Part shown: positions 25,430-36,172 of the stretch, piece by piece
Layout of the letters: every line of letters begins with the position of its first letter
Position numbering within the stretch: the first letter of the stretch is position 1
From: the human T2T-CHM13v2.0 reference genome, Homo sapiens
DNA: 64,000 nt
Direction: 5' to 3' (one strand)
Assembly: GCF_009914755.1 (NCBI RefSeq)
Contig: NC_060932.1
Program-made: the position numbers and the translations under genes
Notes under the pieces: generated by a model
What the model was told of the DNA's origin: nothing
Seen by the model: the letters and a program-made list of their open reading frames with translations, nothing else
Database searches by the model: none

Positions 25430-27079
25430 AAAGCTCCCCATTTTTTACTTACTTTCATCTCCGTATCTTTGATGCAAGTCACCCAAAAAAGCAGCATGGC
25501 AATTATCCCAAAAATAGGCCACCAAGGACCAGTGAACAGCCCCTGCCTTTGTCAAGATCTGATAGAGGGAGGCCTCCTGGGCACTGCCAGCCCCTGGGTC
25601 CTTCTAAGCTTTGGAATTCTCACACCTGCCAAATGCAGTGTGGAGCAGCTTAAGGGCCACCTATAGGTGAACTAGCCATGCATATGGGCCTTAGTCTTTC
25701 TCTTTGACACCTCCATTGCTCCCAGGTAAGGCGTGCTCAGAGCTGGCATTTCCTCTACTAATAAAGCTGTATCCATTGTCGTATGGTGAAAAGAATTCTG
25801 GCACCCAACAGCCAGTTTTCTTATTGATGATGATGGAAATAATAATAATAATTTTATGGCACTTTTATTCAGCAGAAGCTACAAACAGAAAATAGTGCCT
25901 TCAATCAGCAAATGTGTCGCACTCTTTTTTTTTTTTCTGTCAGAGCCCCACACTTTCACACATACAACACACACACAGAGCTCACATTTAGTGTTCTCAG
26001 TAATGCTGTGAGATACTTGTCATTTTCCTCATTCTCAGGCAAGGCACCTGAGCCTCGGGGTGATGAAAGAGATTACTTAGATGATCAGAGACTGAGAAAG
26101 TGCTGATGTTGGGACACCCAGGGAGGTCTCATTGGAGCAGGGCTAGGCTCGAATCAGGGAAGGAAGCTGAGAATCTGGAATCTCAGGCTGAGCCTGGCCA
26201 AGTGTCCACCTACAGGGAGTGACAGAGGTTAGCGCACTAAGTCCAAGAAGCTGTGACCAGGAAACCAGAGTGAGAAGAGCTGGCCAAAGTTGGTGAGGTA
26301 GGGAGAATACATGAAGGCCTGATTAGGGATAAACGTGAATATGAAAAACTAATACAAAGAGAAAGTGAGATAACCAGAGACTAAGGAGATCCAGGACTGC
26401 CAGAGGCGAGTTTGAGGCAGAATTCTCCCCAAATGCCACTGGTAAGACACTCTCATTAGGATGGAGTTGGTCCCTAAAGCAGATTGACATCACCGGACAC
26501 TTTGACTCTAATTCCAGGCCAGTGCTATATCCCAAGATCCTTATCCTGAGGTTAATGTGTGTACAGAATTTTGTGTCTGTGTGTTTGCAGATGTGTGTGC
26601 TCTTGGGAAAGTGGTTCATAGCTTTTATTATATAATCAAAGGGATCTTTGTGCTCTCCGATGTAAGCAACTCAGCTGCCTTCACTACATGTGCTTGCCGC
26701 CAGCCCATGACCAACTTCATTCCGAAATTTAATGTCCCGCCCAATCGTTTCTAGTCCTGGAGGATTTTCCATAAGCCACTCTTCTAACTCACCCTCAATG
26801 AATTGATCGATTGATCGATAAGAACTTCTTTGGTGTCTAGGCCAGTACTAAACACCACAATAAATATAGCAATTACTTAAGGCACAGTCCCACCCCCAAA
26901 GACCCCCTTAAGATCTGGGCTTGGAGACAAGAGACAGACAGCATGAGGGGCTTGAGAGTAAAAGACAGCATAAAAGTCAGTGAGACATTGAGATGTTACG
27001 TGTCAGAAGAGGAGAGATGAGTGAGATGTGGGTTACCAGGTGGCCACACGTGTTGGCTGTGGTCAGGTGGGAAAAACTG

Positions 27080-27285
27080 GGACCTTGGACCCAGACCATC
27101 TGGATTTTAGTTCTCACTACCACCTGCTGCACACTGTTGGGTGAATGATTAATGTCTCTCATTTGCAAAAATAGGGATCATAGCATTTATGCTGCAGGTG
27201 TTGTTACCAACACAATGGAGGTTTATTTAAGTTCACGTGGGTGCAAGTGCCTAGGTCAGGCAAATAGTCCACAATGCTCCAAGCT
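27080..27285 (+). mobile_element. MIR
   Basis: ctcatttgcaaaaatagggatcatagca...ggtgttgtt. Confidence 0.55.
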
Positions 27286-27299
27286 CATCATGAGCACCA

Positions 27300-27995
27300 T
27301 AGGTATTTATTTTAAAAGTATGTATTGTTGGATTTTCATATCTATGAATGTCTTATAAATTGAATCACGCTTTGCAAGCTTTTTCCCTCCCAAGTATATT
27401 GCATTGGTCACCTATGTTAATAGAGGGAGCTCTGGTTAATTCTTTTGCACTTATTATACATTGCCACACTGTATTTATACCTTCTTCTGTTGGTAGATTT
27501 TTCCCCCCAAATATTTACTATTATAAATATTTCTGTTATAATCATACTTGCAGATGTTCAAGAGTTTCTCCTGAAGTGGATTTGCTGGCTGGTAGAGTAT
27601 TTGCATTTTATGCTTTGTCAGAAAACATTATTTTCCAAGGAGTTGGACTAATTTACACTGTCACCTCTGGTGTATGAAAATTCCATTGCCTTGCTGATAT
27701 TTGATATTGTCAGACTCAGGAAATTCTGTGTGTGATTTTGATGGCACTAAATGGTAGATGTTTTGATTTCCATTCCTCTAATAACTATTGTGAATAAGTA
27801 TCTTTATTATAATTGTCTTGGCTGTACCAGTGTTTTTATGTTAAATGCCTCGTCATATCTTTGTCCTGATTTCTTATAGATTCATAAAAGTTCTTTATAT
27901 ATTCTGAATACTAACCCTTCCTGTTTGTGTAGCAAACATCTTCTCACAGTTCTGGCTTGCTTTTTGAATTTCTTTATGGTCTCTTGATGAACACC
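27300..27995 (-). mobile_element. Old L1ME fragment
   Basis: Antisense ORF2-end sequence (ttctttatatattctgaatactaaccct; aacatcttctcacagt). Confidence 0.65.
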
Positions 27996-28380
27996 TGTAA
28001 TTCTTGAAATGAACTACTACTTAAGGCAAGGCTATGAAGACCCAACTTCTTGGTTACTTAATAGACTTTCATAATAAATGAGAACTTCAAGGATGGTAGG
28101 GTGGGCTGAATACATATGACTGTCCCGAAAAGCTTAGAGAAAGAAAATGACAAGCTCAGTCCTTTAAATTCTCATTCAAGGTAATGTCAGGAAACCAGAT
28201 GTTTCTATAATTGCACTAAAATATTATCTCATCTACCATAGCAATATAACCAAGGTACCTAAAAATTCATTGCAAAATTTGATCTTGTAGTTTGAGAATT
28301 ACTACACAAATTGAATTTATGACTGTTCTAAGTTTCTTATGTAAAAGTGAGGGCACTGATTAAGGAAGAATGGGACATGA

Positions 28381-28545
28381 GCTTTGGCAGGTGGATATTT
28401 TGGTCAATTTGGATGAACTTAAGTACCAAGATGCTCCCTCCTTAAAAAATTCCAGTTACCAGCAGAAGCAGCCCATTGTCCTCTACCCGAAACATCAGCC
28501 TATCCTTGCTTAAAGGTCAGCTAAAAACCCCCACTGAAGCAGTAA
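28381..28545 (+). repeat. Inverted duplication arm A (partner 30256-30420)
   Basis: Ungapped reverse-complement alignment, ~137/165 identical by hand count. Confidence 0.93.
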
Positions 28546-29323
28546 CCTTGCATAGTATATTGATGTCTTTTAAGACCCACCTTCACCGCTCCCCATTGCC
28601 TACAGGGCTCAGGAAAATGGTTGTTATTTTACATAGTGAAAGAATGACAAGGTCGAGCTAATTCAAACAATAAATTCAAACAAACAATAAAAAATAAAAT
28701 AAAGAAAAAACAGGAGTATGTGTGGCAATAGATTTCAGGAGTGCCAGATCAGAGAAAAAGAAACACTGTGTAGAATTGAGTCAAATTTATTGATATGAGT
28801 GCACTTAATGAAGAGTCTAGATTTGGTGTGTTAGCTAGAACAGCTGAGAAGTGCCCTAACAGTGTGCTTGGAATGTTGATTGCAACTTGGAATCAGTGGA
28901 ATTACAGTAAATGATGAAGCCACATTTCTTCGGCATAATATAGAGGAAGAAATCCAACCTCTGAAAAGACATGGGCAAATTGGAGTGGATGTGTCGCATG
29001 TGAGACCCACTCATCCTCACTGTAATATCTCCCTGGAGGACTCAGGGGACACTTTCTTCACCAAAAAGCAAACAAAGAAATAAAAACCAAACAGCTACAA
29101 TAAAACAAAACAAACACACTGGGAAATAGATTGGTGAAGGGGAAGCCAGCCTCTTTGAAAAGCTCTATAATGCCTGTTCTCTGTAGGAAGGATGGGTCAT
29201 GATAGATGGTTCTGTAATTTTGATGGGGATGATGGTACCCAGTGATGCCAGAAGCCGAGGGGCAGCCCTTAACCAACAAAACCACAGTGGGCACCTTTGC
29301 TGAAAAAAATGCAGTAGGGCCTA

Positions 29324-29498
29324 ATGAGCAGCTAATATCAATGAATATTTGTTAAGCATTTATAATGCACTAAGCGTTCTGAAAAATGCTTTCTGTGCAT
29401 CCTCCTCATTGCATTGTCACAGTGACAATCAGAGGGAAGCGCTACAGTATTTTCCCATTTTACAGATGAAGCTCTTGGGGCTCACAAACATTAAATAA
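29324..29498 (-). repeat. Inverted duplication arm B, MIR-derived (partner 31453-31627)
   Basis: Ungapped reverse-complement alignment, ~150/175 identical by hand count. Confidence 0.93.
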
Positions 29499-30255
29499 CC
29501 TTCTTTGATGAGAGAGGGCAAGTTATTTAACATCTCTAAGGTTGACTTATGGTAATCATAATGGGTAGACTTCAAAGGAGTCTTTGGTAGAACGTAATTC
29601 ATTTGTGGAATGCTTAGCAATGAAATTAGTTTGTTACTAACTCAGTCTCTAGGGCTGAAAGTGAAGTTTTACTTGATATAAAGAACTGAAAAAGTTCTAA
29701 GACCCATGACCCAAATCTTGGCACCAAAAGTTGTGGCCCTTCGCCTTATTCTAAGAACTGAGGCAGTTCACCAACCCAGAGACTCTTGATTAAAGGAAAG
29801 ACTAGGTGACTCTAAGGAAGGACTCTACAACCCTGATGCAAGTTTATGCTGCATATTTGATTTCCTAAACTTCACCCACAGAGACCTATAGCCATTTATT
29901 AGGACTTGTGTGCATGGAAGAAAGGGAACTAACCAGCCTTTGGTGGGGTAGATTACTAAATATTCGCTGAGAGCTGACACTTATCCCCGAAGATCACAGA
30001 CAGACAGTACTGTGGCCCACCAATTAGAGCAAGGCCTGATGGAGATCAGAGGCCACCCCACACAGCATGGGTGTAGCCCATCTTACGTTGGGGGTGAGAT
30101 CACTCAATGTCTTGGCTTTGTGTGGAGGTCTCTAACTCATCTCCCTCAGCCCCTTGCACGGATCCAGATTTCGCCTCTTGCCTCTGTACAACTATGGAAA
30201 TAGAGGTTCCAATCACTGGGGATTGGCAGAAGCCCAAGACTTTAGCATAGCTTCA

Positions 30256-30420
30256 TGACTGCTGTAGGTGAGGTCTTTAGCTGGTCTTTAAGCAAGGATA
30301 AGCTGGTGTTTTGCGTAGAGGAGAATGGGCTGCCTCTGCTGGCAAGTGGAATTTTTTAGGGAGGGAGCATCATTGTACTTAAATTCATCCAAATTCACCA
30401 AACTGTCCTCCTTCCAATTC
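30256..30420 (-). repeat. Inverted duplication arm A'
   Basis: Reverse complement reads ...tggtgaatttggatgaatttaagtacaatgatgctccctccctaaaaaattcc..., matching 28381-28545. Confidence 0.93.
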
Positions 30421-30899
30421 TCAGATTTGTGTTTTCACTTCATTTTTTACTTCTAGGGATTTCTCTTGTTCTCTTGTCAATTCAGTGCATGCATTAAAAA
30501 ATGTGGTTACTTTTCTGAATTTTATCAGCACTTCTAGATGCTTTACAAAGAGGGGGAATTATATTACCTACTCTGAGAAAAAATTTTTTTATCATAGTAC
30601 CAACAGCACTTAGCACTTTTCATTTGTGCCATAAGTAGATACATACATGTGTTTTCCATTCTACGAGATGCTGAGTTCCTGGTACAGGTCAGGGACTGAC
30701 TGTGTCCTTTATTTGTTTTAATTTTTTTTTATGAGCTCAGTTCAGCAAACACATAAGGAGTGCTTACTCGGTGTTAGGCACCATGCTGGGTGCTGAGGAA
30801 GCAAGCCTGTGGTTCTTGTATTTAATGTTTTCTGTAAGAACAACTCTCTAGCTAGCACCCTCCATTTAGTGGGATCTCTCTAAGTGCTGAAACATCCCA

Positions 30900-31290
30900 T
30901 GAGCATTCTGTGTTTTTGCCTATGCTGCTTTTTCCCATCTGAAATACCTTCTTCTCCACCCTTTTCCTAGCCTACTGCTACCTGCTTCTGAAGGATACTA
31001 AGCCCCACCGTTTTCATGAATCTTACACTATATTTAATACTAGAGAGGCTCTGTCTCCTCTCTTTCTTTGAATATAATATGTCATTTGCACTGATCGATG
31101 TAAAATGTGAGTACTTATTTCTTCATGTAATTTAATATTGTCCACCTCCCCCCTCCGATCCCCTGCTAGATTTCAAGCTCCCTGAAGATGAAGGCTGAAT
31201 CCTACACCTCGCTTGTATCCTCCATGGCTCATTGAACAAGTGCTAGCTAGCTACATGGAGACTGCTCAATAAATATTGAATAACTCACGA
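30900..31290 (+). mobile_element. L2 3' fragment
   Basis: ctgctagatttcaagctccctgaag...ttgtatcctcca...ctgctcaataaatattgaat. Confidence 0.65.
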
Positions 31291-31441
31291 GGGACTCAAT
31301 AAATAACGATTGCTTAATTGATTAGCTCCGTCAATAAATCTTGCTTTGAACAGAGGTACAGCCATTGAAGATACTCAAAAGGCAATCTCGGTCACTGTGC
31401 CTCTGGATAGGGGAAAGCTCCATGAATGTAAGATCTGGTGG

Positions 31442-31627
31442 GAGAAGGCAACTTATTTAACCTCTCTAAGCCCCGGGAGCTTCATCTGTAAAATGGGAAA
31501 ATACTGTAGTGCTTCCGTGTCATTGTCACTGTGACAATGTAATGAGGATGATGCACAGAAGGCATTTATCACACTGCCTAGTCCATTATAAATTCTTAAT
31601 AAACATTAATTGATATTAGCTACTCAT
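31442..31627 (+). mobile_element. MIR, containing inverted duplication arm B' (31453-31627)
   Basis: ggcaacttatttaacctctctaagcc...cttcatctgtaaaatggg MIR core. Confidence 0.85.
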
Positions 31628-33308
31628 AGATCTTAAGAACTGGATTGAAAGAAACACCATGAGAAAACTTTCAATCTGTAGCAATATTACCCAATAGCTT
31701 CATGTTGTAGAGACACTGTACCACTTTACTCCCCTAATATTCTTTTGAGGTCACCAAGAGCGTAAGTAATCTACAAGTGAGTGGGTTGTAGGTTCATTTT
31801 GGAGACGACTGTCATTAACTCCTGATACATGGTCCCTTCTGTGATCCTGACTGTGTGATGGGAAGGAGTGGTAGATGCATTTACAGACCTCGTTGCTCCA
31901 CAAGCATGCTCTAAGAACTTACTAGGTACCAGGCACTGTGCTGGACACCAGGATTTCAGCTGTAAATTAGGCAGACAAGTTTCTTGCTTAAAAGTGCAGT
32001 CAAAGTGTCCTTACAAACCATGGAAAGGGGCCATCAGCAGCTATGGATGCTCGTGACCAGAGCCCCTTAGTCTGTTGGAGGAGGGGCTGTCAGGAAAGAC
32101 TTCCAAGAGGAAGTGACACTTGGGATGAGACCAAATAGATGAGATGGGAGTGGCGTGGTACCCCCCTCCCCACAGCAGCTGCCATATGGGTGGAAGATGG
32201 AGAAGACAGTGTGTCCATGGCTACTTCAGACCCAGCCCGATGGGGACCAAGCTACAGTCATGGACGTTCTGGCTGTGCCTCCTGTGCAATGGAATCAGGA
32301 GGTCAGTAGCTCAAAGAAATGCCTCCACTCAGGATCTCTGCATCCCCTCTCTCCTTCCTGTGCCACTCAGCTACCTCCTGGGAGAGAGAACACAGAAACC
32401 TGATTTCTCCCCACTTGATGCTTGAAAGGGGAGGGAAGAAGAGAAGGTGACTGCCTGGATCTCTTACTTGGGATGGAGTGTTGTCATGTAAACAACTTTT
32501 CACCCTAGGATTTTTTGGGGCTGTCAAGAAGTGACAGCCAGAGCTGGGGACACTGGCTGGAGAGGCCATTAAAGGCCATGAGAGGTGATTTCCCACCTGG
32601 CTTCTTCCTCCAGAACTTAGCACTTGCAGCAGTCTCTTCCACCCTACCCCCAACCCACATACATCCTCTCCCCACATAAACATCTCCTTCAGTGGTACCT
32701 ACCGACTTTTAGCTTTCTAAACCAGACTGAAAGAAAAACATTGATGAGTTGCCAATCTACAGCATTTCACCCACATTTATCTCATTTAATACTCTTAACC
32801 TTGAAATTCATTCATTCATTCCTGTAACAAATATGTGTCAAGAACCAACTCTATACCAGCTGTAATCTTTTTTATGCTATTGTCATCTTATCAATGAGGG
32901 TGTGGAGCCTCACAAAGGTTAAGTGACCTACCTTGACTCACACATTGAGTAAATAATAAAGTCAGTGAACAAATTGTAGAGATCAAGTCAGTTGAGCTGA
33001 CTTCAAATACTTTTTCCACTACAGTGGAAAACACTTCTCTAATTGATTGGTCTCTGGATTATTCCATATGGAGTTTTAAGGAAAAAAAAAGATTAAATTC
33101 TGGGCATGCCAAGCAAACAGTGGCTAAGTGCTTTCATCAAAGAGTTCATTGGCAAATTACATTCACTGCCTATCTACCCTACTGGGAACCAAACAAAACA
33201 AAAATGTGAAGTCAAGTCCTTTGTCTTTCCTCAATGCCTACTCCTGTCACTGTTTCCAAGAAAGGCTCTGATACTTACACAGAGGTATAAGCAACACAAA
33301 TACCTTGA

Positions 33309-33523
33309 TCAAGACCAGCCTGGCCAACATGGTGAAACTCCATCTTTACTAAAAATGCAAAAATTAGCTGGGTATGCTGGCAGGTGCCTGTAATCCCAGC
33401 TACTCAGGAGGCTGAGGCAGGAGAATCTCTTGAGCCTGAAAGGTGGGAGTGCAGTGAGCCAAGATCACACCACTGCATTCCAGCCTGGGCGAGAGAGTGA
33501 GGCTCCATCTCAAAAAAGAAAAA
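33309..33523 (+). mobile_element. 5'-truncated AluS
   Basis: Begins at tcaagaccagcctggccaacatggtgaaac; TSD-like aaataccttga / aaatgcttga. Confidence 0.92.
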
Positions 33524-33818
33524 ATGCTTGAAATGCTCCTCCATCGTGGATGAGAATTGTGAGTATCATGTCCTGCAGGGGTGGGGCTGGAACACTTGCT
33601 GCCAGTCCCACAGGGGAGGTCTGCTTTTGCAAACTCAGCAATAATGGAAAGCACCTGTTCAGTCTTAGGCATGGTAGAAATTTGTGGGGGAGGGAGAAAT
33701 GCAGAACCCACAAGCCATGTTGTGTTGGAAGAGAGAGAAAGTAAAAGTTTGAAACACCGTGGCGTCATAAAGCCAGCCGGAAGAACCGATTTTGGGGATT
33801 AAGAGTGACTACATTGTT

Positions 33819-34108
33819 GGCCGGACGCGGTGGCTCATACCTGTAATCCCAGCACTTTGGGAGGCTGAGGCAGGCAGATCACGAGGTCAGGAGTTCAAGA
33901 CCAGCCTGACCACCATGGTGAAACCTCATCTCTACTAAAAATACAAAAATTAGCCGAGTGTGGTGGCACACGCCTGTAGTCTCAGCTACTCAGGAGACTG
34001 AGGCAGGATAATTCCTTGAACCTGGGAGGCAGGGGCTGCAGTGAGCTGAGATCACACCACCGCACTCCACCCTGGGCAACAGAGCGAGACTTCTTCGTCT
34101 CCAAAAAA
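33819..34108 (+). mobile_element. Full-length Alu (AluSg-like)
   Basis: gatcacgaggtcaggagttc diagnostic; perfect 17-bp TSD aagagtgactacattgt (33801-33817 and 34107-34123). Confidence 0.96.
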
Positions 34109-34244
34109 GAGTGACTACATTGTCACATTCACTTTTTCCTTTTCCAACCCCCTCCGTGCATGTGCAAAACCATTAGAAAAGCAACAAGCAGGGCTGGTGA
34201 AGGAATCAGGGGAAGGCTTCTCTCATACTCTCTCTCCCACATAG

Positions 34245-34600
34245 GAGCATAGTCCCCGAGTTTTAAGTCTTACTGCTGCCACTTTCTGATCGAGTGTCTT
34301 TTAGCAATTTATACTCTGAGTCACAATTTTCTCATCTGCAGAATGAGTGTAATAATAGCAGCCTTGCAGAGTCATCGTGAGGACCCAGTGTAACCATCTG
34401 CATATGAGATGGGAGCAGCCAGCACCGTGGAATGAGGCAAGGTTTGGAGGGGAAGAGCTCACGACATGCCTCTAAACACTTAGCTATGTGACCATGAGGA
34501 ACTCACCACCCCTCCAGCTTCATCCACCTCACTTTTCACATGAGAAAAGTAACAAACTTGTGCTTTGTTGGAATCAAAGGCGGTAGCAAGTAAATGTAAT
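34245..34600 (+). mobile_element. Two MIR fragments
   Basis: ttttctcatctgcagaatgagtgtaataatagca and a second weaker core near 34480-34560. Confidence 0.55.
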
Positions 34601-35647
34601 AATGCTTTTAAACTGTCAAGTCCTATTCAGATGAAAAGATACACCATTGCCTTTCTCCTAAGCAGGGCATTGTGCCTCCATGAATACCTACAATCAAGGT
34701 GTTCCCAGGCCCCATGTATACACTGCCAGTGCCAGTGCTGGGGGATTCCAAAGGAGCAGAAGTTGTGGGCCCCTCCCAGCTGGAGAATAACATCAAGGTA
34801 ACCCGAAGCAGGATGTAAGCACAGTTTAGACTGCGCTGTCTCAGTGACATGCTGGTGTAAGGAGGAGGCACAGGATGTGGGAAAGGCCCGTAGATGAGGC
34901 CATGGAGGAGCTGAGGCTGCGATGGTTCCAGGAGGATGAGCATCCTGGGTGTTCCAGCCTCAATGCCTCCAGAGGCAGACAAAGGCTGGGCAAAAGGAGT
35001 TTGCCTGAGAGATGCGCAGATGTTCTCATCAAGCACAAGGGAGAGAGTGAGAATATGAGTCAGGACAGGCAGCAAGGCCCAGAAAGGGTCCATTGTTGTG
35101 CAAGCCACCCCTGTTTGTTTGCAGCTGGGCTCAACCCTGCTGAGGGGCCAGGAAGCTGCGGTGTATATCTGCTCATTCCAGTGCCACATAGAATTGACAG
35201 TGCTTCCTGTCAGGAACTTTCTGACATTCCCTTGGCCAGAGAATGTTCTCAGGCCAAGAGACACAGAGAGCTGAGGACTGCGGGCAGGTAGCCCGAGGGG
35301 ATGTGAATGGGACACCGACAGCATCTGCTAGCTTTGGCAGATGGGAGCTAGGGCCACTCCATGCTAAGGGACAGCATGAACAAAATGAAGGAGAAGATGG
35401 GTTGAGTGAGGAGCTCGCCAAGCTTTGCTCCAGAGGGAGAGAGTATTTGAAATTGGGACTATCTGCAAAAATCACCAAATATATGAAGGGCAGCAAGGAA
35501 ACTCTAAGAGGGGAAAATGGGCAGCAGTGTGGAGCTGCTGCACACCACTGATGATGGGAGGTGTTAGAGAGGGAAATGCCTCTTGTTCTGGGGTGATGAT
35601 GATCTTGCAGCACCGGCCTGGGCCGGCAGTTGGACAATGGTGACCGG

Positions 35648-36172
35648 ATGAGTGGCCAGTCATGGTTCCACTCAATGCTGGTGAATGAACTATCCCCTGG
35701 CAGTTTGCAAAGCTCAGGTCCACAGCTGACTGTGGAACTGGAAGTGCCACAGCACCCACCCCTGCCGCCAAGCCGTGCCCCACTTCTGCTGCTAAATGGA
35801 GAAAGGATGGAGCCTACATTAGAAACCAGAGACCTGGCAAAGTGGGTGGGACAGGAGGTTCCTGGCAAGCGACAGACAGAACTACAGAATGCCGTAAGAG
35901 AAAGGAAGGTGGTTGGTCTTTCGGTCAGAAGTGCTGGCTGGACATGGAGCACTGCTACGGTGACCAGCGCAGCCACCACTAGGAACAGCGACTCTCCCAG
36001 ACCCTCCCTCACCTGCCACCCATCGTAGTGGCTGCTCCTCTTGAACGGCTGGGGCGAGAGGGATACTGCATGCGATGGAACTGATAAACCAGTTCAAATA
36101 GCATTAGACTCACTCACCGATACTGTCTCATTGAAACACATTGCTCATTTATTCCTCTTCGTCATCCTTTGA
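35648..36172 (+). other. Candidate spliced small ORF (35648-35893 joined to 36029-36172), unrecognised product
   Basis: In-frame ATG at 35648; donor GCC|GTAAGA at 35894; pyrimidine-rich acceptor ...ctccctcacctgccacccatcgtAG at 36028; phase-0 135-nt intron; TGA at 36170-36172. Confidence 0.25.

Larger units (their letters stand above)
28010..30240 (+). mobile_element. Degraded ERVL internal sequence (gag to protease), interrupted by MIR-derived sequence at ~29324-29620
   Basis: Resembles ERVL gag (aaagtgagggcactgattaaggaagaatgggac; aatttattgatatgagtgcact) and the protease region (gtgcatggaagaaagggaactaaccag...gagctgacacttatccccgaagatc, the degenerate D-T-G-S-E-L-T-L-I-P region). Confidence 0.75.

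Noticed and set aside
30050-30180. Possible third inverted arm pairing with ~32050-32190
   Set aside because: Only short words match (aggggctg, agac(c/t)tcca) and gaps are needed; generic similarity
34623-36012. 233-aa and 279-aa minus-strand ORFs as genes
   Set aside because: No domain similarity; composition typical of chance ORFs in GC-rich DNA
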